Below, piece after piece: positions 17,925-27,187 of a stretch of DNA of 64,000 nucleotides. The position numbers and the translations under genes are program-made. Position 1 is the stretch's first letter. Each line of letters starts with the position of its first letter. Below the pieces are notes generated by a model. The model had not been told where the DNA came from. It was given only the letters and a program-made list of their open reading frames with translations, and did no database searches. The stretch is taken from positions 1,248,001 to 1,312,000 of the forward strand of contig OY762825.2 of the NCBI GenBank assembly GCA_963666425.2. The letters run 5' to 3'. The DNA comes from Bacillota bacterium. Its GTDB lineage: Bacteria > Bacillota > JAAYKD01.

Positions 17925-17973
17925 AAAAGAACGGTTCCCTGCCAAAAACAAAGCGCAGGGAACCGTTCTTTTT
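17925..17973. terminator. bidirectional terminator between pepM and anmK
   Basis: AAAGAACGGTTCCCTG / CAGGGAACCGTTCTTT with A and T tails. Confidence 0.88.
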
Positions 17974-19161
17974 CTATTTGAGTGTAATGCTGCCCAAAAT
18001 CACCGGATGACTGGCTCCGGTGGCGGCAGGAAGGTTGCCGGGCTCGCTAAACAAGGTTTCATTGGCTAAGACCGCAAAAGCAATCGCCTCTTTGGCGTCC
18101 GCCGGCATCGCAAAATCCTCCGGCTGCAGCCAGGTAACCTGCGGCAGCGCTTGCCGCAGCATTCGCACCAGGCAGGGGTTTTTGGCGCCGCCGCCGCTTA
18201 AAATCACCTCGTCAACCGATCCCTTTGACCAGCAGTAGCGGAGGTAATGATCGATGATGCTTTGCGCCGTAAAAGCCGTGGCGGTCGCGAATAAATCTTC
18301 TTTGCTGAGCCGCAATTGGTCTGCGGTCTGCAGCAGATTTTCGGTAAATTGTTCACCGAACAGCTCCCTGCCGGTGCTTTTCGGCGGTGGCAGCTGCAGA
18401 TAAGGCAACTGCAGCAGCTGAGCCAGCAAAGGCTGGTGGATTTGACCGCGGGCGGCGCAAAGGCCGTCCCAATCGCAAGGCTGATTCAGCAGCCGCTGTG
18501 CCAGGGCGTCGAGGATCATATTGCCCGGTCCGCTATCGCAGGCGACAATCTCTTGCGGGCTGGCGTTGGCAGGTAAAAAGGTGAAATTGGCAATGCCGCC
18601 GATGTTCTGCAGGATACGTCCCTTCTTCGGGTGCGTAAAGAGCAGATAATCCACATAGGGTACTAAAGGAGCCCCTTGACCACCCGCCGCCATATCCCGG
18701 CTGCGGAAGTCGGCAATGGTCGTGATCCCGGTGCGTTCCGCAATAACGGCGGCGGCACCGAGCTGCAGAGTGGATCTTTGCGGCCGCCCGGCAAAATTCT
18801 GCGCTTCCGGAATATGGTAGACGGTCTGCCCGTGCGAACCGATCAGATCGATTGCGCTGTTTTCCAGGCCCGAGGCCGCTAGCAATGCCTGCACGGCCTC
18901 GGCAAACAACTCGCCGATGGCGAAATTGAGTTGACAGATCTGGTCCACGCGGCTGCTTTCCGGTCGAAAAGCGGCAAAGATCTCCCGGCGCAGCGCGGCC
19001 GGCACGGGATATTCCAGATAATGCAGCAATTCGAGTTTGGTTGTCCTGCCGCTGCCGCCAATCCGGCAGAGAGCGGCATCCACACTGTCCACCGATGTGC
19101 CGCACATCAAACCAATGATCAAGCGCTCTTTTTTTTGCGTTAATGTCAGCAATTGCAGCAT
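17974..19161 (-). CDS. anmK: anhydro-N-acetylmuramic acid kinase
   Basis: GLMCGTSVDSVD, GSHGQT, DFRSRD.AAGGQGAPL, NIGGIAN, DSGPGN, KSTGRE, KEAIAFA. Confidence 0.95.
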   Translation of the reverse strand: MLQLLTLTQKKERLIIGLMCGTSVDSVDAALCRIGGSGRTTKLELLHYLEYPVPAALRREIFAAFRPESSRVDQICQLNFAIGELFAEAVQALLAASGLENSAIDLIGSHGQTVYHIPEAQNFAGRPQRSTLQLGAAAVIAERTGITTIADFRSRDMAAGGQGAPLVPYVDYLLFTHPKKGRILQNIGGIANFTFLPANASPQEIVACDSGPGNMILDALAQRLLNQPCDWDGLCAARGQIHQPLLAQLLQLPYLQLPPPKSTGRELFGEQFTENLLQTADQLRLSKEDLFATATAFTAQSIIDHYLRYCWSKGSVDEVILSGGGAKNPCLVRMLRQALPQVTWLQPEDFAMPADAKEAIAFAVLANETLFSEPGNLPAATGASHPVILGSITLK

Positions 19162-19165
19162 GGCT

Positions 19166-20299
19166 TTAGGACAGCGCCGCGAAGACGGCGTTGTGAATCA
19201 AAGCGCGGTAGCGGATATGCCGGTCTTCCCGGCGGCTGGGATGGACCCGGTTGGTCAGCCAAATCACAAAGAGACCGCTGCGTGGATTGGGTACAATGGA
19301 AGTGCCGGTAAAACCGGTGTGCCCGAAACTGGCGGGAGAAGCGAGATCACCCATAAAAGAGTTCGTCGGCGCCTTCAGCAGCCAGCCAAGACCGCGATAT
19401 TCTTCGCCAATGGCGGCGGTATAATTGAGAATGGAGGTGCGGACTGTGCTCGGCGAAAGCAGGCGTTTGTTGTGGTAGCTGCCTTCTCCGATCCACATCT
19501 GAGCAAAACTCGCCATGTCTCTGGCGCTGCTGAAGATGCCGGCGTTGCCGCTGACACCACCCTGACAGCGCGCATTTTCATCGTGCACTTCGCCCCAGCA
19601 AAGCTTGCCTTTTTGCCAGCTGCAGTATTCGGTCGGTGCAATCCGATTTTTATTGACTTGCGGATTGTAACCGGTCTCCTGTAACCCGAGCGGCAGGAAC
19701 AATTCCCGTTCAAGAAACTCCGGCAGCGTCTGACCGCTGATCCGCTGCAGCGCATTACCTAAAGTAATATACCCGAGACAGCTGTAAGCGACCTGACTGC
19801 CAGGTGCCGTCTGCAGCGGCGAGGCCGCAATGGCGTTCAGCATTTCCTGCTGGCTGCTGCAGGTCAGAAAGAAATTATCATGCGGCAAAAGTCCGGAGGT
19901 ATGTGTCAGCAAATGACGCATCCGAATCATTTGTTTGTCGGGTCGCTGATATTCCGCTAAAAATAAGCTGACCGGATCATCCAAACGAAAAGCGCCCTGT
20001 TCCAGCAGTTTGAGCGCTATAAAAGTGGTAAACAGCTTGCTGATCGAAGCCATATCATAGAGTGTATCGATTTCCACCGCAGCGCCTTGGGCTAACGTGG
20101 TTGTGCTGCCGCTGCAATGAAAAACCACCTGGTCTTGCGTGCCGACAGCCAGAACGGCCCCGGGAGCCACACCTTCGGCGATCGCCCGATCAGACAGAGC
20201 AAAAGCACGCCCCAAGCGCGCTTCCATTTCCGCCGGCAGTAAGCCGGAACGCAGAAAAGGCAACGGCTGTTCGCCAGCGGCAGGGTAAATTTCAGGCAT
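19166..20299 (-). CDS. beta-lactamase-family serine hydrolase, AmiE-like, no signal peptide
   Basis: SxxK (ASISK), LLTHTSG, YSC, GEVHDENA...GGVSGNAGIFS, HTGFTG; lies between murQ and anmK. Confidence 0.85.
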   Translation of the reverse strand: MPEIYPAAGEQPLPFLRSGLLPAEMEARLGRAFALSDRAIAEGVAPGAVLAVGTQDQVVFHCSGSTTTLAQGAAVEIDTLYDMASISKLFTTFIALKLLEQGAFRLDDPVSLFLAEYQRPDKQMIRMRHLLTHTSGLLPHDNFFLTCSSQQEMLNAIAASPLQTAPGSQVAYSCLGYITLGNALQRISGQTLPEFLERELFLPLGLQETGYNPQVNKNRIAPTEYCSWQKGKLCWGEVHDENARCQGGVSGNAGIFSSARDMASFAQMWIGEGSYHNKRLLSPSTVRTSILNYTAAIGEEYRGLGWLLKAPTNSFMGDLASPASFGHTGFTGTSIVPNPRSGLFVIWLTNRVHPSRREDRHIRYRALIHNAVFAALS

Positions 20300-20386
20300 A
20301 AAAAAACCTCCCAGTCATGCGTATGTTCTCCTTACCATCGCACTCTTTGCAAATGGGCAAGAGAAAGCTAGGAACAGCGGCACACT

Positions 20387-21283
20387 TTAGAGCAGTGCAG
20401 CCGCGATAAACCCATTGGTTGCCAGTAACCGCCGCTCGGCTTCTGCCGCATCCACCTGCGCCAGAATCATCACAATGGCCGTCTTCGCCTGATTTTTTGC
20501 GGCACTCAAGGCCTCATTGGCTGTCTCTTCGCTGCAATTGGCCGCCAGGCAGACAATCCGGTTGGCGCGCTGCAGCAATTTAGCATTGGTTGGCTGCAGA
20601 TCAACCATCAAATTGGAATAAATCTTACCGCTGCGGCTGAGAGCTGCCGTGGTCAGCATATTCAGAATTTGTTTTTGTGCGGAACCGGCCTTCAGCCGGC
20701 TGGAACCCATCAGAATCTCCGGCCCCACCACCGGTGTAATCGCATAATCCACCATTTTAGCCAGGGGAGAATCGGCGTTGCAGGTAATGCAGAGGGTAAC
20801 CGCTTGCTGATGGCGCGCAGCCTGCATGGCTCCCAAGACATAAGGGGTCAAGCCGGAGGCAGCGATGCCGCAGACCACATCCTTAACGGTCGGATCAAGC
20901 TGCAGCAAATCGAGCGCCCCCTGCTCCGCATCATCTTCCACATTCTCTACAGCATGACGCAGCGCGTAGTCACCGCCGGCCATAATAGCCTGCACCTGTG
21001 TTTCCGGCGTGCCAAAGGTTGGCGGGCATTCGGAGGCATCTAAAACCCCCAGACGTCCGCTGGTGCCGGCTCCGATATAAAGAAGACGCCCGCCCGCCCG
21101 AAAAGCCTGTTCAATTTGCTCTACAGCCACCGCAATCACCGGCAGCTGCGCGGCGACTGCCAGATTCACCTGCTGTTCTTCCCGATTCATTAAGGTCACA
21201 ATTTCTAAAGCAGACATTTGATCCAAATTGAGCGAATTTGGATTACGGCTCTCCGTCATCCACACCTGCGGATCATTGATCAT
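20387..21283 (-). CDS. murQ: N-acetylmuramic acid 6-phosphate etherase
   Basis: TESRN, GAGTSGRLGVLDASECPPTFG, GPE...GSSRLKAG, N.MVD...TN.KL. Confidence 0.96.
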   Translation of the reverse strand: MINDPQVWMTESRNPNSLNLDQMSALEIVTLMNREEQQVNLAVAAQLPVIAVAVEQIEQAFRAGGRLLYIGAGTSGRLGVLDASECPPTFGTPETQVQAIMAGGDYALRHAVENVEDDAEQGALDLLQLDPTVKDVVCGIAASGLTPYVLGAMQAARHQQAVTLCITCNADSPLAKMVDYAITPVVGPEILMGSSRLKAGSAQKQILNMLTTAALSRSGKIYSNLMVDLQPTNAKLLQRANRIVCLAANCSEETANEALSAAKNQAKTAIVMILAQVDAAEAERRLLATNGFIAAALL

Positions 21284-22256
21284 TGAAACTTCGCCTCACT
21301 TTCTCTAAAACCGCTTGGGGAATTTCAGTATGATAGGCTTGCAGCCCCAACAGCAGAGCGCCGATCAGCGGTTGATAAACCGGTTGGCTAAGATAAGCTA
21401 AAGGAGCGCAGGCTTGAATCTGAGCTTCCAATCCTCTTGCCCACTGCCAGCCGTGTGTAAATCCACCCCCGGTCAGGGCCACCGGAAAACGCTCGGACTG
21501 CATCCCCAAACGAGTGATTACCGCAGCGGCCGCCAGGCTCAATTCCCCTACCGCCTCGTCGAGAATCGCTAAGGCCACAGCGTCGCCTGCCGCTGCCGCC
21601 TGTTTGACCTGCAGCGACAGAGCCGCGATCTGGGGACGCTGCATTTCTTTGCTGTAGACTTGTAAAACGATTTTTTCATAGGAAGAGACAGCCAAGGTGT
21701 GCAGCAATAACTCTGTCAGCATGGTCTTTTTGCCTCTGCCGTCACCTGCCCGCATCACGGCCATCAATCCTTTGCGGCCGATATCATACCCGCCGCCTTC
21801 ATCGCCAATCAGCGGTCCCCAACCGCCGGCACGGGCAAACTGACCCGCCTTGCTGCAGCCATAAATAATCGAACCGGTGCCGCAGATGATTGCCACACCA
21901 GGCTTTCCTGCCGTGGCACCGGTCAGCGCGATGATACCGTCATTGTCCAAGTGCAATTTCGTATAAAGAGGCGGGAATTCGTCTAACAGCTCCGCGATGA
22001 CCTGGCGGTCTTCTTCCCGTCCTACTCCAGCCAGGCCGAAATAGCCGACTGCAGCGGTTTGAATTTCCAAATTCGCCGCCCGATAAGCCCCTTCAATGGC
22101 CGAGCGCAGAGACTGCGCCACAGTTTCCTTACCGGCAACATGATAATTCGCCGGACCGCCCGCACCGCTGCCAAGCACCGTACCATCGGCAGCAGCCAAC
22201 AGTGCTCTGGTGTTGCTGCCGCCGCCGTCCACCGCCAGAATCAATGCTTCTTTCAT
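21273..22256 (-). CDS. BadF/BadG/BcrA/BcrD-family amino-sugar kinase (MurK/GlcNAc kinase-like)
   Basis: DGGGSNT, GPAN, GLAG, ND, GTGS, GGWG.LIGDEGGGY.IG. Confidence 0.88.
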   Translation of the reverse strand: MKEALILAVDGGGSNTRALLAAADGTVLGSGAGGPANYHVAGKETVAQSLRSAIEGAYRAANLEIQTAAVGYFGLAGVGREEDRQVIAELLDEFPPLYTKLHLDNDGIIALTGATAGKPGVAIICGTGSIIYGCSKAGQFARAGGWGPLIGDEGGGYDIGRKGLMAVMRAGDGRGKKTMLTELLLHTLAVSSYEKIVLQVYSKEMQRPQIAALSLQVKQAAAAGDAVALAILDEAVGELSLAAAAVITRLGMQSERFPVALTGGGFTHGWQWARGLEAQIQACAPLAYLSQPVYQPLIGALLLGLQAYHTEIPQAVLEKVRRSFNDQ

Positions 22257-22268
22257 ACCCTGCTTCCT

Positions 22269-23666
22269 TTATGCTTGCCGCATCAAAATGCGGCCGCCAT
22301 TGCCGATTGCCCAAACCGATTCGTCAGCGCGGCGCAGAAAACGAATTTCACTTTTCACTAAGTTGGTCTGCGCCAAGGCCAGATCCGGCAAAACGGTATC
22401 CAGAGTAAGCACTTCCTCATCCAACAGGACCTGCAGCTGCTGCTCTGCATTCAGACTGATGGTTAAGACGCCGCCTTCGCCGGAGACAAAGCTGCCGCAG
22501 GCTGCCTGCTTTTGGGCTTGGCTCCATTCCCGGTGCTGAAAAACCGTCATCGGTTCTTTGGGGCTGTGATTGTTGCACCACTTGATCATCGCTTTGGCCA
22601 GATTCGAAACGGGAACTGCGCTGGTGTTGCACAATACAATCACACCCAGAGACAAATCATAAGACCAAAGGATGTTGGTTGAAACGCCGGTTAAGCCGCC
22701 GCTGTGTCCGGTTACCGTAATGTCGTCCAGGGGGAACGTCTGCAGGGCAAAACCATAGCCGACATGATGACTGTAGGTCTGACGTTGCTTTTGCATCTCA
22801 CAGATACCGGTATCGCTTAAGAGTTTGCCTTCGGCATAGCGACCGTGATTCAGCCACATGGTTACGTAGCGCTCCATATCGGCAAGGGTTGACTTCAGCG
22901 AACCGCCGCCCATCATCACAAACTGATTATCAAGCCAATCGTGCGTCGCTCGCAGACCGGTTTTACCGGGCACATAGAGTGTGTTGGCATTCTCATCCTG
23001 CAGCGGTTTGGTGAAACTATAGGTGGAACGGCTCATTCCCAGCGGAGCCAGAATATGCTTCTCCACATATTCGGCATAGGAATTTTCGCCGCCGTAAAGG
23101 CGGATAATTTCCGACAACATGGCAAAGCCATCGTTGGAATAGCTGATATGCTCACCCGGCTGGCCTAAAAAGGTCTTGATTTCACTCAATTGCTTCAGCA
23201 ATAATTGGATACCGGCTTTGGCGACGGTCGGTGAATAGGCCAGATTCTCCCGCTCCTCTGCCGGCAGATCCAGCTTAGGCGCAACCTTGCTCAATAATAA
23301 ACGCGGCTGGGGTGGGTAACCGGCGCTGTGACAAAGCAAATGCCATAAACGAGGCATGTTTTGATTGGGATAAATCAATTCCGGCAGGTAGCGGTTGACC
23401 GGAGCATAGAGATCGAGGATCCCTTTCTCCACCAACTGCATTATGCAGAGGGCAGTAAAGGATTTGGTGATGGAAGCCAAACCGAAGATGGTATTCTCAT
23501 CCAGCGGCAGCTGTTTTTCCAGATCACGATAGCCGAAAAATTTGCGGTAGATCGTCTCACCTTTTTGGTTAACCACGGCAACAGCAGTTCCGACAGCCTG
23601 ATAAGCGGCCATAAAATCACGGACCATCTGTTCAAATTCCTGTTGATACGCTGTGTTTAGTTGCAT
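22269..23666 (-). CDS. beta-lactamase-family serine hydrolase with C-terminal extension, no signal peptide
   Basis: SxxK (ASITK), YSN, HSG; AAGGGAG RBS before ATG 23666. Confidence 0.85.
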   Translation of the reverse strand: MQLNTAYQQEFEQMVRDFMAAYQAVGTAVAVVNQKGETIYRKFFGYRDLEKQLPLDENTIFGLASITKSFTALCIMQLVEKGILDLYAPVNRYLPELIYPNQNMPRLWHLLCHSAGYPPQPRLLLSKVAPKLDLPAEERENLAYSPTVAKAGIQLLLKQLSEIKTFLGQPGEHISYSNDGFAMLSEIIRLYGGENSYAEYVEKHILAPLGMSRSTYSFTKPLQDENANTLYVPGKTGLRATHDWLDNQFVMMGGGSLKSTLADMERYVTMWLNHGRYAEGKLLSDTGICEMQKQRQTYSHHVGYGFALQTFPLDDITVTGHSGGLTGVSTNILWSYDLSLGVIVLCNTSAVPVSNLAKAMIKWCNNHSPKEPMTVFQHREWSQAQKQAACGSFVSGEGGVLTISLNAEQQLQVLLDEEVLTLDTVLPDLALAQTNLVKSEIRFLRRADESVWAIGNGGRILMRQA

Positions 23667-23757
23667 ATGCTCTCTCCCTTTGTGTTTTTTCTGCATAAGC
23701 AGTTCTCTTCTCAATTGCACATTGCAAAGCAAAATCCTTTTTCTTTTTTGCCCGTTT

Positions 23758-24177
23758 CTATCGCACGCTGCCCGCTAATTCTGCCGCCACGGCTTCTACA
23801 GCCAAACGAACATATTCCGCCATAGGCAATTCCTGCAGACCAACGATATAATGGTTGCATTTATTCATGGGAACTAGGATTTTTTTCGCCTTGCTGCCGC
23901 CTACCGCCACAGCCATGGCCGGAGTGACTTCTCCCAGCAAAGCGTTGGCCAGCACAATTCCGGTGGGGCCGATGATCAAATCGGCATCGCCGCTATTATA
24001 GATCACCGGATTTTCACCGGTCGCGCCGCTTTCCGCCCCGGCTCGCAGCATGGCCGCAGTCGCTGTACTGTTGGTACCCAAAGCAATCAGCTTGATTTGC
24101 GGCCACCGTCTGAGCAACTGTTCTACAATCAGAGAACCAAGCTTACCGCCCTGACCATCCATGATCAGGATTTTCAT
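23758..24177 (-). CDS. DUF3842 family protein
   Basis: DGQGG.LG, ALGTNS.AT.AMLRAGA, GATGEN, GEVTPAMA; GGAGG RBS. Confidence 0.85.
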   Translation of the reverse strand: MKILIMDGQGGKLGSLIVEQLLRRWPQIKLIALGTNSTATAAMLRAGAESGATGENPVIYNSGDADLIIGPTGIVLANALLGEVTPAMAVAVGGSKAKKILVPMNKCNHYIVGLQELPMAEYVRLAVEAVAAELAGSVR

Positions 24178-24386
24178 GGCAAAACCTCCTTCGCATTTCC
24201 AACTTATTTGTTTTCTATTATACATGAGAAAGCAAACCTTCACAAGAAATTCACAGCAGTATTGCAGTGATTCAAGCTAAAAAAAGTCCTACTTTCCCTG
24301 CAAACGGCAAGCAAATGCCGCTCTGCGCATCGGAAAGAAGGACCATTTTGTTTGGCTTTTTTATCAGTAACGGAACCGCCGCGTTC

Positions 24387-25409
24387 TTACATCATCGTCA
24401 GCGTATAAATTAAAGTCGTTGCAGCCACGGCCAGCCAAGTGCAGCCGCCCAATAAAATCGGCTTCAAGCCTTTCTTAAAGAGTTCATTCAATTTGATCTT
24501 ATAACCCACACCAACGAGTGCCATGGTGATAAAAAATTTATTGCCTTTACTCAGCCAGGGGGCGACAGAAGCAGGAATCAAGCCGAAGGTTTTACAAATC
24601 GCCAAGGCTAAAAAACCCAACACAAAGTAGGGGAACGATTTGAGCATCTGTTCTTTCATGGATAACTGTTGCTCTGTACTGCCGGATTTCTTGCTTTCGC
24701 GCAACATCCAAATGACTGCCGCCATGGCAACAAAAATCAGCATCGTCGTGCGGACAAGCTTCACCACAACCGCCAATTGACCGCCAGTCATGCCGTTGAT
24801 GCCAACCGCACCTTGCATCAAGCCGTCAAATGTGACGCCGGCTGCTGTGACGCTGGCCGTATCGCTGATCGCTAAACCGCCCAGGATGCCATACTGTTCC
24901 GGTGTCAGATGCATCGCCATAGCAGCATAGGGCCACATCGTTGCCGAAAAAATATCGAAAAAGAAAATCGCCGCCATGGCATAGGCAAACTCTTCTTCTT
25001 TGGCTTTGATAATCGAAGTCAAGGTGGCGATCGCAGTACCACCGCAAATCGCAGTACCGCCGCCAACTAAGATACCGGTATTCGTGCTCGTTTTCAATCG
25101 GCGGCCAATCAGCAACGCAACCGTAAAAGACAAACAGATATTGAAGAGAATCAGCGGCAAAGCCTGCATGCCAACGCCCAAAATTGACATAAAATTCAGC
25201 GTGCTGCCGGCCAGAATGATGCCAAACTTCAATAATTTACCGGAAGCATATTTCGTACCTTTCTGCACCTCGGCAGAAACCGGCCAGAGGTTGGATACGA
25301 TGACACCCAAGAACAGACCTAACATTGGAGCACCGATATAATGCTGCAGCCCTGCCAGCCAGGTTGCGGCAATTGCCATGACGGCACAAATGGAAAGCCC
25401 GATGATCAT
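24387..25409 (-). CDS. YeiH/UPF0324 family (putative sulfate exporter) membrane protein
   Basis: GTAICGGTAIA and KLVRT motifs, about 10 TMs; start placed after GAGGGTG. Confidence 0.88.
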   Translation of the reverse strand: MIIGLSICAVMAIAATWLAGLQHYIGAPMLGLFLGVIVSNLWPVSAEVQKGTKYASGKLLKFGIILAGSTLNFMSILGVGMQALPLILFNICLSFTVALLIGRRLKTSTNTGILVGGGTAICGGTAIATLTSIIKAKEEEFAYAMAAIFFFDIFSATMWPYAAMAMHLTPEQYGILGGLAISDTASVTAAGVTFDGLMQGAVGINGMTGGQLAVVVKLVRTTMLIFVAMAAVIWMLRESKKSGSTEQQLSMKEQMLKSFPYFVLGFLALAICKTFGLIPASVAPWLSKGNKFFITMALVGVGYKIKLNELFKKGLKPILLGGCTWLAVAATTLIYTLTMM

Positions 25410-25688
25410 ATTTTTCACCCTCATTACGAATTTTCGGACACCGCCGCCCCAAGCAAACGCTCCGAATCAGAGAATACCAATATATTCCCCTTATCTTTTC
25501 TAATCTCCTGCCAGAAAAAAGTGACACTATCAGACAGTTTTTCGATAACAGAAATATAAAAAATGAAGTTTATCGCCGTATTTAAATTCATGTTCTCTGA
25601 ATTGCTGGAAGCTTAAGACTTTCTATTTCAAGACTTGTTTCATGCAGTAAATGTCAGTATTTTACGTGAAGTATTTCATTTTCTGGGA

Positions 25689-25717
25689 TTTACGAAAGCG
25701 ATTATTTATAGTATAAT
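25689..25717 (+). promoter_or_regulatory. putative sigma-A promoter of oadB
   Basis: TTTACG-N17-TATAAT. Confidence 0.5.
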
Positions 25718-25768
25718 GTTTACACGTGCCTTTATGGCAAATATCGTCTTGGAAAGGGGCTTATTTTT

Positions 25769-26917
25769 ATGGAGTTTTTATTAGACGGAATCCTGGCTGT
25801 CACCTGGCAGCAACTTGTCATGTATGCTGTCGGATCTATTCTGATCTATTTGGCAATAGCGAAAGACTATGAACCCTCTTTATTATTACCGATGGGTTTC
25901 GGCGCCATTTTGGTTAATTTGCCGTTCTCCGGTGTCTTAAATCAAACCGTTGCAGGGATCGGTGAGAGCGCCGGTGTGATCGAATGGCTTTACCAGACTA
26001 CCATTGCCTCCTCCGAAGTATTGCCGCTGCTCTTATTCATCGGGATCGGCGCAATGATCGATTTTGGCCCCTTGCTTGCCAATCCGATTATGTTCCTGTT
26101 TGGCGCCGCAGCACAATTTGGTATTTTTGTGGCGATCTCTGTTGCCGCTTTAATGGGTTTCTCACTGACCGACGCCGCTTCTATCGGTATCATCGGTGCC
26201 GCTGACGGTCCGACTGCGATTCTCGTCTCTCAGGTGTTGAGATCCTCCTATTTGGGGCCGATTGCCGTTGCCGCTTATTCTTATATGGCCTTGGTTCCTA
26301 TCATTCAGCCCTTTGCGATTCGGCTGGTCACCAGTAAAAAAGAGCGTAAAATCCGCATGACCTACCGTCCGCAGAGCGTGACCCGGCAGACCCGGATCAT
26401 CTTCCCAATCGCTGTTACGATCATTGCCGGTTTTATTGCCCCGATGTCCGTTGCTTTGGTCGGATTTTTGATGTTTGGCAACCTGATTCGTGAATGCGGC
26501 TGTTTGAATCGTCTTTCCGAAACTGCGCAGAATGCTTTGGCTAACCTGATTACACTTTTATTGGGTATCACCATTTCTTTCAGTATGGTAGCTGATAAAT
26601 TCGTCACCGTGCAGACTTTATTAATCATGTGTCTTGGTTTAGTTGCTTTTATTTTTGATACCATCGCCGGTGTACTCTTTGCCAAATTCCTCAACCTCTT
26701 CCGCAAAGAAAAATTCAATCCGATGATCGGCGGCTGCGGTATTTCAGCTTTTCCGATGTCCTCCCGCGTTGTCGCCAAAATGGCAATCAAGGAAGATAAT
26801 CAGAATCACTTGCTGATGCATGCTGCCGGATCGAATGTTTCCGGTCAAATTGCTTCTGTTCTTGCCGGTGGTATGGTGCTGAATTTGATTCCGAAGATTT
26901 TGGAAACATTACACTAA
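25769..26917 (+). CDS. Na+-translocating decarboxylase beta subunit (OadB/GcdB/MmdB family)
   Basis: YEP.LLLPMGFG, GIGAMIDFGP, IGIIGAADGPT, AYSYMAL, G.SAFPM, N..GQI. Confidence 0.94.
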   Translation: MEFLLDGILAVTWQQLVMYAVGSILIYLAIAKDYEPSLLLPMGFGAILVNLPFSGVLNQTVAGIGESAGVIEWLYQTTIASSEVLPLLLFIGIGAMIDFGPLLANPIMFLFGAAAQFGIFVAISVAALMGFSLTDAASIGIIGAADGPTAILVSQVLRSSYLGPIAVAAYSYMALVPIIQPFAIRLVTSKKERKIRMTYRPQSVTRQTRIIFPIAVTIIAGFIAPMSVALVGFLMFGNLIRECGCLNRLSETAQNALANLITLLLGITISFSMVADKFVTVQTLLIMCLGLVAFIFDTIAGVLFAKFLNLFRKEKFNPMIGGCGISAFPMSSRVVAKMAIKEDNQNHLLMHAAGSNVSGQIASVLAGGMVLNLIPKILETLH

Positions 26918-26942
26918 GATTGAAAGATAGGGAGGTAGACTT

Positions 26943-27083
26943 ATGTTTTCAGAAGAAACAATGACTGTCTTTTATGCCACGCTCAAACTCATGGGTCAAG
27001 GAATGCTTGGTATTTTTATTGGCATGATTTTGATTATGCTGACCGTTTACGCCCTCGGCAAAATCACCGCCGATAAAGAATAA
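26943..27083 (+). CDS. OadG-related small single-TM subunit (46 aa)
   Basis: Not in the ORF track. MFSEETMTVFYATLKLMGQGMLGIFIGMILIMLTVYALGKITADKE, with a GGGAGGT RBS directly after oadB; LMG.GM.GIF is OadG-like. Confidence 0.85.
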   Translation: MFSEETMTVFYATLKLMGQGMLGIFIGMILIMLTVYALGKITADKE

Positions 27084-27096
27084 ACGATCCTGTTCA

Positions 27097-27146
27097 AAAA
27101 AAAAAGAAGAGATCTCTTCGCTATAAGGAAGGGATCTCTTCTTTTT
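27097..27146. terminator. bidirectional terminator
   Basis: AAGAAGAGATCTCTTC / GAAGGGATCTCTTCTT with A and T tails between convergent genes. Confidence 0.82.
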
Positions 27147-27187
27147 GTACTGGTTTTTTTACGAAAGGCTGCTGAATTCCCGCAGCG

